A DNA stretch of 64,000 bases from an uncultured Actinomycetes bacterium. GTDB lineage: Bacteria > Actinomycetota > UBA4738 > HRBIN12. How positions within the stretch are numbered: the stretch's first letter is position 1; each line of letters opens with the position of its first letter. Below are positions 17,931 to 27,059 of this stretch, piece after piece. The stretch spans positions 7,158 through 71,157 of the forward strand of contig CAVSLG010000021.1 in assembly GCA_963728665.1 (NCBI GenBank), written 5' to 3'. Under the pieces are notes generated by a model that was given only the letters and a program-made list of their open reading frames with translations, was not told where the DNA came from and did no database searches. A program made the position numbers and the translations under genes.

Positions 17931-19343
17931 CTACTCCGCCTCGAGCAGCGCCCGTTCGTCGGCGAGCGCGATCACGAGGTGTCCCCGCGCGTTCGGGTGC
18001 AGCGGCGCCGGGTCGTCGGGCCCCTGCACGTATGGCGAGTCGGTGCAGAGCTCGTGCCCGGCGAAGTCGGGCTGCACCGTTCGATACCCGAAGGTGTCGG
18101 CGCCGGCCGTGAGCACGTCGTTCAGCGCGTCGAGGCGGTCGAGCAAGACGTCGAGCTTCTCTGGCGTGAGCCCGAGCGGCTCGAGGCAGTCGAGCGCGGG
18201 ATCGAACGGCGCGTAGTAGCGGTTGATCAACACGAGCGGATCGCCGGGCAGCGCCGCGAGCTGACGCAACAACTCGTAGTAGTCCTGGGTGAAGTCGTCG
18301 AGCGACCGCTGGAAGTAGGCCGTGAGCGCACGGTTGTCGCAGGAGTCGGCCGCGCCGCAAAGGAACACGAGCGTGCTCCAGTGCAGGTCGTTGGCCCCCA
18401 CGTTCACGATCACGACCTCGGGCTGCGTGGCTCGCTTGGCGACCGCGAGCTGCGACGCGATGCGCCGGTCTCCCACGACTTGGGGCCCCAGGATGCCGCG
18501 GTCGATCGTGGCGCCGCTGCAGGCCAGGTTGTCGACCGTCCAGTCGTTCACGCGCCCGAGCGTCTCGGCGAAGGCGAACGAGCTCCGCTCGCAGGCCTCG
18601 TCCTGCTCGGTCGCGTCGTGGATCGGGGGACCGCCGAGGCCCGCGGCCGTCGAATCGCCGAGCACGATCGCCTGCACGTCGGGTTGCGACGGCCCCTCCG
18701 CCGGGACGACCGGGCGCAGCTCCTCGCGACCGACCAGTTCGTTCAGGCTCCCGACCTCACGCAGCACACCGGGGGCGGTGAATGCGGTCACCATGATCGC
18801 GCTGACGTTCACCGCCTCGACGAACAGCAGCCCACCGACGATCGCGATGAACGTGCGCCGGTGGTCGTACCGACGCCATCCCGCGATCGCGCCGAGCAGC
18901 AGGACCGCCGCGGCCCCCACGATCGCGCTCTGCCACAGGAAGTACCGACGCCAGCCACTCGCGAGCGCCTCGCCGACCGCGGCGGCCGCCGCGGCCTGCC
19001 CCGGCGGTGAGAACGCGCCGGCGACCTGGGCGTCGAGGGTGATGTCGGTGAGCACGAGCCGGGGCCTGACTGGCCCGACGAAGTAGATCTCCGTGGGCAA
19101 CGACCGGCCGAAGAGCACGATCTCGCCGGGGCCCGAGGCGCTGAGCGTCGGCGGCGTGGCCGCCACCGCCACGGTCTGTCCGAGCGCAGAGACGGACTGC
19201 GCGGGCGTGATGAGCAGGCCGACCGTGATCGCGGCTGCCGAGACCGCGAACAGCGCGCCGGCGACGGCCAGGCCTCGCAGCAGCGGCCGGCCAGAGGGCT
19301 CCGCCTCGGGCCGTTCGACCTCGTGATGCCTCGTGCGTGACAC
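17931..19343 (-). CDS. membrane-anchored SGNH/GDSL hydrolase
   Basis: N-terminal TM helices. Block I is VLGDSTAAG, with ACSGAT, VGANDL and C-terminal HPNARGH. Its stop codon abuts the amrB stop with no spacer. Confidence 0.75.
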   Translation of the reverse strand: MSRTRHHEVERPEAEPSGRPLLRGLAVAGALFAVSAAAITVGLLITPAQSVSALGQTVAVAATPPTLSASGPGEIVLFGRSLPTEIYFVGPVRPRLVLTDITLDAQVAGAFSPPGQAAAAAAVGEALASGWRRYFLWQSAIVGAAAVLLLGAIAGWRRYDHRRTFIAIVGGLLFVEAVNVSAIMVTAFTAPGVLREVGSLNELVGREELRPVVPAEGPSQPDVQAIVLGDSTAAGLGGPPIHDATEQDEACERSSFAFAETLGRVNDWTVDNLACSGATIDRGILGPQVVGDRRIASQLAVAKRATQPEVVIVNVGANDLHWSTLVFLCGAADSCDNRALTAYFQRSLDDFTQDYYELLRQLAALPGDPLVLINRYYAPFDPALDCLEPLGLTPEKLDVLLDRLDALNDVLTAGADTFGYRTVQPDFAGHELCTDSPYVQGPDDPAPLHPNARGHLVIALADERALLEAE

Positions 19344-19429
19344 CCATCGACCCTACCCGGCCGGATATCCCTTCCTCCTGACATCGCGGGGGCGTACCGT
19401 GAGGGACGGAGGAGGGGTGGTCGAGCGAG

Positions 19430-20317
19430 TTGGGCAGGGCGACGTTCCTCGCGATCGCCGTGATCGCGGCGATCATGCTCGCGCAGCCCGTCGCCGCGTC
19501 GTCGAGGGTGGCGTTCTCGAGACGGGGCGACATCTTCACGGTGCAGCCCGACGGTTCCGGTGCCCGACGGATCACGCACCGCGAAGCGGTCGAGCACATG
19601 CCGACGTGGTCACCCGATCACGACCGCATCGCGTTCCTGTCGTGGAGCCGCCGCATCGTGGTCGTCGACGCCGACGGCTCGGCCCGCAGTGTCATCTACC
19701 GCCTGCCCCGCCGCTTCGAAGGCATCACCGGGCTGGCGTGGTCACCCGACGGCACACGCCTCGCGTTCGCGACCGCGCGCGAGAAGGGCCGTGACCATCC
19801 CGGCGGCCCGAGGGACTGTGGGCAGATCAGGTGGATCTCGTCGGGCGGCGGGCCGACGCACGTCGTGATCAACGGCGAGCCGCACATCACCGGCATCTCG
19901 TGGAGCCCTGACGGGGGCTGGCTCGCGATCGGGTTCGAGCACCAGAACATGACGCGGGCGTGCGGCGACGACCGGCCGCTCGGTATCGCGCGGGTACGCC
20001 TCGACGGCTCCGGCCTGCACGGGCTCGGCCCGGGGCTGGCCACGCATCCCGACTGGTCGCCCGACGGGCGTTGGATCGCCTACCGCGACTGGCGACGCAC
20101 ATGCCACGTCTGCGGCGAGATCTGGGTGGTGCGTCCCGACGGCGCCCGCAACCACGTGCTCACCCCGATGCCGGCCTCCGAAGGGGGTCTCACGCAGCCC
20201 CGATATGCGCCGACCGGGAAGCGGCTGGTCGCGCTCGGCGACGGCATCTGGGTGATCCGCGGCGACGGCTCGCTCCGTCGACGCATCGTCGATCGCGCCG
20301 GGTCGATCGACTGGTGA
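19430..20317 (+). CDS. secreted TolB-like (PD40/WD40-like) beta-propeller protein
   Basis: TTG start and a signal peptide. The WSPDG motif repeats (WSPDHDRIAF, WSPDGTRLAF, WSPDGGWLAI, WSPDGRWIAY). Confidence 0.7.
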   Translation: MGRATFLAIAVIAAIMLAQPVAASSRVAFSRRGDIFTVQPDGSGARRITHREAVEHMPTWSPDHDRIAFLSWSRRIVVVDADGSARSVIYRLPRRFEGITGLAWSPDGTRLAFATAREKGRDHPGGPRDCGQIRWISSGGGPTHVVINGEPHITGISWSPDGGWLAIGFEHQNMTRACGDDRPLGIARVRLDGSGLHGLGPGLATHPDWSPDGRWIAYRDWRRTCHVCGEIWVVRPDGARNHVLTPMPASEGGLTQPRYAPTGKRLVALGDGIWVIRGDGSLRRRIVDRAGSIDW

Positions 20318-20404
20318 TCGGCGATCCGACCCTTACCGAAGATCGACCCCCGCGGTCCAGGTGTGACATGGTATGCGGACACCTCGTCCACGGAAGGGGC
20401 AGTC

Positions 20405-20539
20405 ATGGCCAGCAAGGACAAGGGCGGCGCGAAGGGTTCGAAGACGGCGGCGAGCAAGACCTTGAAGGAGAAGCGCGCCGCCAAGAAAGCCAAGGGTAAG
20501 AGCGGCTCGGGCTCTTCGGACTGGAACCTGAACAAGTAG
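20405..20539 (+). CDS. 44-aa lysine-rich protein, absent from the ORF track
   Basis: GGAAGGGG SD lies 4 nt upstream of the ATG. Product is MASKDKGGAKGSKTAASKTLKEKRAAKKAKGKSGSGSSDWNLNK. GC3 is consistently high despite the Lys-rich composition. Confidence 0.45.
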   Translation: MASKDKGGAKGSKTAASKTLKEKRAAKKAKGKSGSGSSDWNLNK

Positions 20540-20566
20540 CGGAACCTGTTCCGCCCGGTCGTCGGC

Positions 20567-21775
20567 TCAGAGCAGCTTGCCGTAGAAGTTCGCCCTGACG
20601 CCGTTCACCTTGGTGAACTCACCGCCGAAGTGCAGGGCGGTCCCCTCGGGCTCGAGATCCCAGATCCCGTTGAACTTGCCCGTCACCGACGGGGTCCAGG
20701 GGTCCAAGGCTCCGGTGAACGCGTAGGCGGCGAGGTAGTCGTGCCGCACGCATTCCCCGAACGGGTCGAGATCGCCCGGGTTGCTCGACTTGAACCCGCA
20801 TCGGTCCCCTGTCGCATCGGCGATCTCGACGAAGTGCCCGCCTACCACGAGTCGCCCGTCCAGGATCCCGAGGGCTTGCACGGATCCCGAGGTGTCACGC
20901 TTCCACTGGAGGGCCTCGGCGAACGAGTACTTCGCCACGAAATCGGACCCACCGGCTCCGAGGTAGAGGGCGCTCCCATCGGTCACGACGGCGATGCCGG
21001 TGGCTCCGCTGGCGTCCGCCGCACCTCCCGGCGTGAGATCGCTCGGGACCCAGGAGGGATCGAGGGTGCCGTCGGCGCTCAGCTTGATCAAGGCCTTGAC
21101 CGGCTGACCTCCGGCGAAGTCGCACTGGCAGGCCGCGAACAGCGCCCCGCCGGCCAGCACCAGCTGGCGGTACGCGGGCGGCGTCGAGTGACCTCGAAGG
21201 CCCGCCTGGACGGTGACCTTCGTGCGTCCCTTCCAGATCGCCGAGCCGGTCGTCGCGTTCCAGAGGCCCAACGTGGTGCCGGCGGCATACACGCTGTCGC
21301 CGTTCACGAGCACCGTCTTCGCTGTCGGCACTCCCTTGAACCAGCGGACGGCTCCCGTCGAGAGGTTCACGGCTGCGAGGTTCTTCTGGGCGCTGCTGGC
21401 GGGGTTCACGAACTTCCCACCGACGATCAACTCGCCGCCCAGCACGTCGAGGTCCCAGATCTCCGCGCCCGAACCCCCGAATCCCGGAGCGTTCAACGAG
21501 GCGAACCGTCCGTCTCCGGCGTTGAACGCGACGAGGTTCGAGACGGATCGGGTGGCACCGGACGAGTCGGTCGCCGTCGAGAACTTCCCGGCGAGCCAGA
21601 TCGTGCCCCCGACGACCTGCACGGCGCGCACCCTGCTCCCCGAGGCCGGGCCGACCTCTGGCCACGGGTCTGCGACGGCGCTGGCGCCGGTGCCCGGCAA
21701 GGCGTGGGCGGTCGACGTGCTCACGATCATGAGCATCAGGAGCAGGGGTACGACGGCGAGGATCTTCCTCATCAA
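20567..21775 (-). CDS. secreted beta-propeller-like hypothetical protein
   Basis: Signal peptide MMRKILAVVPLLLMLMIVSTSTAHA. Repeated blades of the form G..(I/V)..GG.F... resemble delta-60/PQQ-like repeats. Confidence 0.6.
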   Translation of the reverse strand: MMRKILAVVPLLLMLMIVSTSTAHALPGTGASAVADPWPEVGPASGSRVRAVQVVGGTIWLAGKFSTATDSSGATRSVSNLVAFNAGDGRFASLNAPGFGGSGAEIWDLDVLGGELIVGGKFVNPASSAQKNLAAVNLSTGAVRWFKGVPTAKTVLVNGDSVYAAGTTLGLWNATTGSAIWKGRTKVTVQAGLRGHSTPPAYRQLVLAGGALFAACQCDFAGGQPVKALIKLSADGTLDPSWVPSDLTPGGAADASGATGIAVVTDGSALYLGAGGSDFVAKYSFAEALQWKRDTSGSVQALGILDGRLVVGGHFVEIADATGDRCGFKSSNPGDLDPFGECVRHDYLAAYAFTGALDPWTPSVTGKFNGIWDLEPEGTALHFGGEFTKVNGVRANFYGKLL

Positions 21776-21990
21776 CGGCCTCCGGTTGGGGGGGTTCGCC
21801 GGTACGGGCGACGCGATGGATCACGGCGTCGGGGGGAGGCCTTGAGTATCGTCGAGAGGAACCCCAAGCGTCAACGTTCGACCTACGGCGAATGGACGAC
21901 CGCGCAGCTCGGAGACGTCGCGTCGCGGCCTGGCCTCACACATCAGCTGCACGGCAGTGCAACTCTCCCGAGCGCCTCGCTCCGGCGAGC

Positions 21991-22203
21991 TCACTCGTGC
22001 TCGTACTTGAACGAGATGTTGACCCGTGCTCGGTAGTGCGCGACCTTGCCGTCCTCGATCGTGAGGTCGAGCTTCACGACCTCTCCGACCCGCAGATCGC
22101 GGAGCGACTCCGCCGCGGTCTCGACCGCGTTCTTCGCCGCGTCTTCCCATGACACCGGGCTGGTGCCGATCACTTCGGTGACTCGATAGATGCTTTCCGT
22201 CAT
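21991..22203 (-). CDS. dodecin family flavin-binding protein
   Basis: 70 aa. MTESIYRVTEVIGTSPVSWEDAAKNAVETA...YRARVNISF is a classic dodecin sequence. Confidence 0.8.
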   Translation of the reverse strand: MTESIYRVTEVIGTSPVSWEDAAKNAVETAAESLRDLRVGEVVKLDLTIEDGKVAHYRARVNISFKYEHE

Positions 22204-22352
22204 CGTCCATCCCTCCAAGCTCCGTCCTGTGGCTCTTGCACCATCATCGTCGTGCGGCGGCGATCGCGCGACCCGGTCCACAGGTCCCGGTCGGACCGGG
22301 TCCGCCGCGAGTCGGCTCGGTCATCACACATCGAACCGGGCATCATGCCTTC

Positions 22353-25172
22353 ATGACCGCGCTCGATCAGGCGTCGCACGCGCTCGATGCCACATCGGTC
22401 GCACACGCGCTCGACACCGATCTCGAACGAGGACTCACGACGGACCAAGCGGCCGGGCGCCTCGCGAGCGTAGGCCCGAACGTGCTGCGCGAGGAACCAC
22501 CCGAGCCGCGGTGGCGTCGCTTCGTGCGCCAGTTCACCGACCCGCTCGTGATGCTGTTGCTCGCCGCCACGGTGATCTCCGCCGTCGTGTGGCTGCTCGA
22601 GGGTGCTCACGGATGGCCGATCGACTCGATCGTGATCCTGGCGATCGTGCTGCTCAACTCCACGCTCGGCTACGTACAGGAGGAACGCGCCGAGCAGGCG
22701 ATCGTCGCGCTGCGGGCGATGACCGAGGTCACGGCGACCGTCGTCCGTGACGGACGGCTCGGGTCGGTTCCAGCCCGCGACCTCGTTCCCGGCGACCTGA
22801 CCGTGCTGGAGGCCGGCGACGCGATCGCGGCCGACGCGCGATTGGTGCGCGCCGTCTCGCTCAGCACCGGTGAGGGAGCCCTCACCGGTGAGAGCGAGCC
22901 GGTCTCGAAGGGTGTCGACGCTGTCGCGGGAGACGCGGCCCTCGGCGACCGCACCGACATGGTCTTCTCGGGCACCGTCGTGACGTTCGGCCGCGGCGCC
23001 GCGGTCGTGACGGCGACGGGCATGGCGACCGAGCTCGGCAGGATCGCCGGACTGCTCGAGACGGTCGAGCGGCAGGAGACGCCGCTGCAACGCGAGATCG
23101 CCCGCATCGGTCGTGTGCTCGGCGTCGCGGTCGTCGCGATCGCGGTCGTCGTGATCGCCTCGATCCTCGCCGTTTCCGAGGTCGAGGGGACCGCCGCGCT
23201 GATCGACGTGATGCTGATCGGGGTTTCGCTCGCGGTCGCCGCGGTCCCCGAGGGGCTGGCGACGATCCTCACCGTGGTGCTGGCGCTCGGGGTCCAGCGC
23301 ATGGCCAGACGCCACGCGATCGTCCGAAGGCTCTCGGCCGTCGAGACGCTCGGCGCCGCGACCACGATCTGCACCGACAAGACGGGCACGCTCACCCGCA
23401 ACGAGATGACCGTGCGCGAAGCCGTGACGCCCTCGGGGTCGGCCGTGCTGAGCGGCACCGGCTACCAGCCGGTCGGCGACCTCACCGACCCCGACGGCTC
23501 TCCGCTGCAGGTCACGCCGCACGCGAGCGACATCCGCCGGCTGCTGCTCGCGGCCGCGCTCGCGTCCAACGCGACGATCGAGGAGCGCGACGGAACGTGG
23601 CTCGCCCAGGGAGACCCCACCGAGGGTGCCCTGGTCGCCGCCGCGAGGAAGGTCGGCGAGACGCCCGATGAGGCCGGTGCGCGGTTCCCTCGGATCGACG
23701 AGGTGCCGTTCTCCTCGGAACGCAAGCTGATGAGCACCGTGCACCGCGACGCCGCGACACCCGATCGTCTCCGTGTCGTCACGAAGGGCGCGCCCGACGT
23801 GCTGGTGGCTCGATGCACGCACGAGCGCCTCGGCGACGAGGTGGTCGAGCTCACACCGGAGCGACGTGTCGAGATCGTCGCCGAGGTCGAAGACCTCGCA
23901 GCCCGCGCGATGCGCACCCTGGCCGTCGGCGAGGGCCGCGTCGAGGCCGCCGGCTATGACGGCCCGGGGGAGCACCTCGAGCGCGACCTGGTGTTCCTGG
24001 GGACGCTCGGCATCATCGACCCCCCGCGCGAGGAGGCCGCCGCGGCGGTCGCTGCTGCCAAGGGCGCGGGCGTGCGGGTGATGATGATCACCGGCGACCA
24101 TCCGGTGACCGCGCGAGCGATCGCCGCCGAGGTGGGCATCGCGTCGGCGGACGCACCGGTCGCCTCCGGGCCCGAGCTCGAGCGCATGGACGACCGGACC
24201 CTCGACGAGACGGTCGGCGGGGTATCCGTCTTCGCGCGGGTGAGCCCGGAGCACAAGCTGCGCATCGTGCGCTCCCTGCAAGGCGCCGGCCACGTGGTGG
24301 CGATGACCGGTGACGGTGTGAACGATGCGCCGGCGCTGAAGACCGCCGACATCGGCGTCGCGATGGGCATCGCCGGCACCGACGTGTCGAAGGAAGCCTC
24401 CGACATGGTCCTCACCGACGACGACTTCGCGACGATCGTGGCGGCGATCGAAGAAGGCCGGTCGATCTTCGCGAACATCCGGAAGTTCATCCGCTACCTG
24501 CTGTCGTCGAACACTGGCGAGGTCATGACGATGTTCCTCGGCATCGTGTTCGCCGGCGTCCTCGGTCTCAGGGGCGGGAGCGACGGCATCGTGACCCCGC
24601 TGCTCGCGACCCAGATACTGTGGATCAACCTGCTCACCGATGCGGCGCCGGCGCTTGCCGTGGGAATGGATCCGCCCGATGCCCGCCGCATGCTCCGTCC
24701 CCCGCGACGACGCACGGCGCGGGTGGTCGACGGCCCGATGTGGGTGAGCATCGCCCTCAACGGCGTCGCGATGGCGGTGGCCACGCTGCTCGTGCTCGAC
24801 CTCGAACTGCCCGGGGGGCTGCTGGAGGGCGAGATGAGCGAGCGCGTCGCTCGCACGATGGCGTTCACCACGCTGGTGCTGGCCCAGCTCGTGAACGTCT
24901 TCAACGCGCGCTCCGACCGGCGAAGCGCGTTCCACGACCTGTTCTCGAACCCGCTGCTGTGGGGCGCGGTCGCACTCTCGGCCCTTCTGCAGGCGGCCGT
25001 CGTCTACGTACCGTTCCTCAACACGGCCTTCGGCACGGAGCCGCTCACCGGGGCGCAGTGGGGGGTCACGATCGTGGCCGCGAGCGCCGTGCTGTGGGTG
25101 TCGGAGGTGCGCAAGCTCATCGCGGCCCACATCGCGGCTACGCGGCGGGCACCTTCTTCTGGGGGTCGATGA
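22353..25172 (+). CDS. P2-type (Ca2+/cation) P-type ATPase
   Basis: DKTGTLT phosphorylation site, TGES, MITGDH, TGDGVNDAPALK and 10 TM-like segments. Start taken at MTALDQ. Confidence 0.9.
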   Translation: MTALDQASHALDATSVAHALDTDLERGLTTDQAAGRLASVGPNVLREEPPEPRWRRFVRQFTDPLVMLLLAATVISAVVWLLEGAHGWPIDSIVILAIVLLNSTLGYVQEERAEQAIVALRAMTEVTATVVRDGRLGSVPARDLVPGDLTVLEAGDAIAADARLVRAVSLSTGEGALTGESEPVSKGVDAVAGDAALGDRTDMVFSGTVVTFGRGAAVVTATGMATELGRIAGLLETVERQETPLQREIARIGRVLGVAVVAIAVVVIASILAVSEVEGTAALIDVMLIGVSLAVAAVPEGLATILTVVLALGVQRMARRHAIVRRLSAVETLGAATTICTDKTGTLTRNEMTVREAVTPSGSAVLSGTGYQPVGDLTDPDGSPLQVTPHASDIRRLLLAAALASNATIEERDGTWLAQGDPTEGALVAAARKVGETPDEAGARFPRIDEVPFSSERKLMSTVHRDAATPDRLRVVTKGAPDVLVARCTHERLGDEVVELTPERRVEIVAEVEDLAARAMRTLAVGEGRVEAAGYDGPGEHLERDLVFLGTLGIIDPPREEAAAAVAAAKGAGVRVMMITGDHPVTARAIAAEVGIASADAPVASGPELERMDDRTLDETVGGVSVFARVSPEHKLRIVRSLQGAGHVVAMTGDGVNDAPALKTADIGVAMGIAGTDVSKEASDMVLTDDDFATIVAAIEEGRSIFANIRKFIRYLLSSNTGEVMTMFLGIVFAGVLGLRGGSDGIVTPLLATQILWINLLTDAAPALAVGMDPPDARRMLRPPRRRTARVVDGPMWVSIALNGVAMAVATLLVLDLELPGGLLEGEMSERVARTMAFTTLVLAQLVNVFNARSDRRSAFHDLFSNPLLWGAVALSALLQAAVVYVPFLNTAFGTEPLTGAQWGVTIVAASAVLWVSEVRKLIAAHIAATRRAPSSGGR

Positions 25173-26283
25173 ACGGGACCGAGGCGGTCGCGCCGACGCG
25201 AGTGCCGTCGTCGGACTCGACGTCGAGCCGTGTGCCGGGCGCAGCGAGCTCGATCGGCACCCAGACGTAGCCGATGTTCTTCTCCAGGCGCGGCGACCAG
25301 CATGCGTCGGTGACGTGGCCGACGACGTCGCCGCCGTGGGCAGCAGGCCAGTGCTGGGTGGGCTGGTCGACCGGCTCGCCGTCCAGCTCGATGCCGACGA
25401 GCTTGCGCGAGACGCCCCCACGGCGGATGCGCTCGAGCGTCTCCTTGCCGATGTAATCGGCGTCCTGCTCCTCGACGAGCCGCTCGAGCCCCGTGATCTC
25501 GAACGGGTTGTCGGTGAGGCCGATGTCGGAGCCCCAGTCGAAGATGCCGGCCTCGATGCGCCGGATGTCGGACGAGGGCGTCACGCGGATGCCGTACGGC
25601 TTCCCGGCGTCGAGGATGCGCTCCCACAGATCGTCGCCCCGGCTCGGGTCGCGCAGATAGACCTCGTAGCCGACCACCGCGGTCCAGCCCGTGCGGCTGA
25701 TCACGACCGGGATGCCGTCGAGGTCGGCCTCGTCGCACCAGTAGTACTTCATGTCGAGGATCCAGTCGCCGAACAGGTCGCGCATCGTGTCCTTGGCCTT
25801 CGGGCCCTGCACCTGCACCGGGTAGACCTCCGGGTGCGTGACCTTCACGTCGAGGCCGGAGTTCACCGCGACGCCCATCGCGTAGAGGCCCGCGTCGGAG
25901 TCGGCGAGCGCGAGCCACCACCTGTCCTCCTCGATCCGCAGCAGCACCGGGTCGTTCACGATGCCGCCGTCCTCGGCGGTCACCAGCATGTACTTGCCCT
26001 GCTTCACGGCGCATCTCGTGAGGTCGCGGCAGGTCAGCAGGTTCGTGAACGCCGTGGCGTCGGGGCCGGTGATCTCGACGATCCGCTCCACGCTCACGTC
26101 CCACAACGTCACGTCGTTCACGAGCGCCCAGTACTCCTGGGTTGGATCGCCGTAGGTGTTGGGGTGGTACATGTGCTGATAGACGTCGTAGGCCGAGCAG
26201 CCGGCGCGCAGCGTCGCCTCGAAGAACGGCGATCGGCGGTACCACGGTCCCCAGTTCAGCCTGGTGTGTTCCGGCAGCGTCAT
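25138..26283 (-). CDS. GcvT-family aminomethyltransferase, DmdA-like
   Basis: WDVSVERIVEITGPDA, NDPVLLRI, VQGPKAKD and SRTGWTAVVGYEVY. Its 3' end overlaps the convergent ATPase gene by 35 nt. Confidence 0.85.
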   Translation of the reverse strand: MTLPEHTRLNWGPWYRRSPFFEATLRAGCSAYDVYQHMYHPNTYGDPTQEYWALVNDVTLWDVSVERIVEITGPDATAFTNLLTCRDLTRCAVKQGKYMLVTAEDGGIVNDPVLLRIEEDRWWLALADSDAGLYAMGVAVNSGLDVKVTHPEVYPVQVQGPKAKDTMRDLFGDWILDMKYYWCDEADLDGIPVVISRTGWTAVVGYEVYLRDPSRGDDLWERILDAGKPYGIRVTPSSDIRRIEAGIFDWGSDIGLTDNPFEITGLERLVEEQDADYIGKETLERIRRGGVSRKLVGIELDGEPVDQPTQHWPAAHGGDVVGHVTDACWSPRLEKNIGYVWVPIELAAPGTRLDVESDDGTRVGATASVPFIDPQKKVPAA

Positions 26284-26432
26284 CGAAGTTCCCCCTCGGT
26301 CCGTCGGGCTCGAACTCGGTCGCCAGGAGTCTAGGTGCCTTCCGCTGCACCGTTTGCGTCCGTGGGAACCGCCGCTCTACGATGCAGCGAGGCTCGCGAC
26401 GAGCGGGCGACACGGAAGGAGCGTCGGCTCAC

Positions 26433-26699
26433 ATGGATGACATCGGGTTCTTCGACATCGTCTGGTACATCATCGCCGGGCTGATCATCGGCGGCTTGGC
26501 ACGGCTGCTCCTTCCGGGCAAGCAGTCGATGGGATGGATCGCAACGATGATCCTGGGTGTCGTCGGCGCGATCGTCGGCGGGCTCGTCTGGAACGCGATC
26601 TTCTCGGGCAACGAGGGCGTCGCTTGGATCGGTTCGATCATCGCGGCGATCATCCTGCTCGTGATCTACGAGCGCGTGGTCGCGAAGAGACAGGCCTGA
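26433..26699 (+). CDS. GlsB/YeaQ/YmgE family stress-response membrane protein
   Basis: GGAAGGAG SD. IIAGLIIGGLARLLLPGKQSMGWIATMILGVVGAIVGG is the family signature. Confidence 0.8.
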   Translation: MDDIGFFDIVWYIIAGLIIGGLARLLLPGKQSMGWIATMILGVVGAIVGGLVWNAIFSGNEGVAWIGSIIAAIILLVIYERVVAKRQA

Positions 26700-26840
26700 C
26701 GTCCGACCACGTTCTCCGCCGCGCCCTGACCACTCCACCGCGCACCGTGCGGCGCGATCGCCTGGGTCGGCGAGATCGATCCGCAGACCCGGCATGTCCA
26801 CACGTGCACCGAGAGCGCCTGCGCGAGCCCGGCGGCGGCG

Positions 26841-27039
26841 AGCGTCGTCGTAGTCGCGGTTGCCGGCGAGCGCCTACGCGCGTTCCGACCCTTCAACGGT
26901 GAGCCGCTCTGGTCCCGGCGCATCGGCAACATCCGCTACTCGATCGGCATCGCCTCGAGTCCCGCGATCTCGCGCGGCACCCTGTACGTCGGATCGGATC
27001 CGGGCCACCCTGTTCGCGTTCGGCGAGGGATCGGGCTGA
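26841..27039 (+). pseudogene. C-terminal remnant of a PQQ-like/BamB-like beta-propeller repeat protein, with a frameshift
   Basis: The frame reads GERLRAFRPFNGEPLWSRRIG...SSPAISRGTLYVGSD. After a 1-nt shift it reads TLFAFGEGSG-stop. There is no start and no upstream blades. Confidence 0.3.
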
Positions 27040-27059
27040 CCGAGATCGCCGCTGATCGG

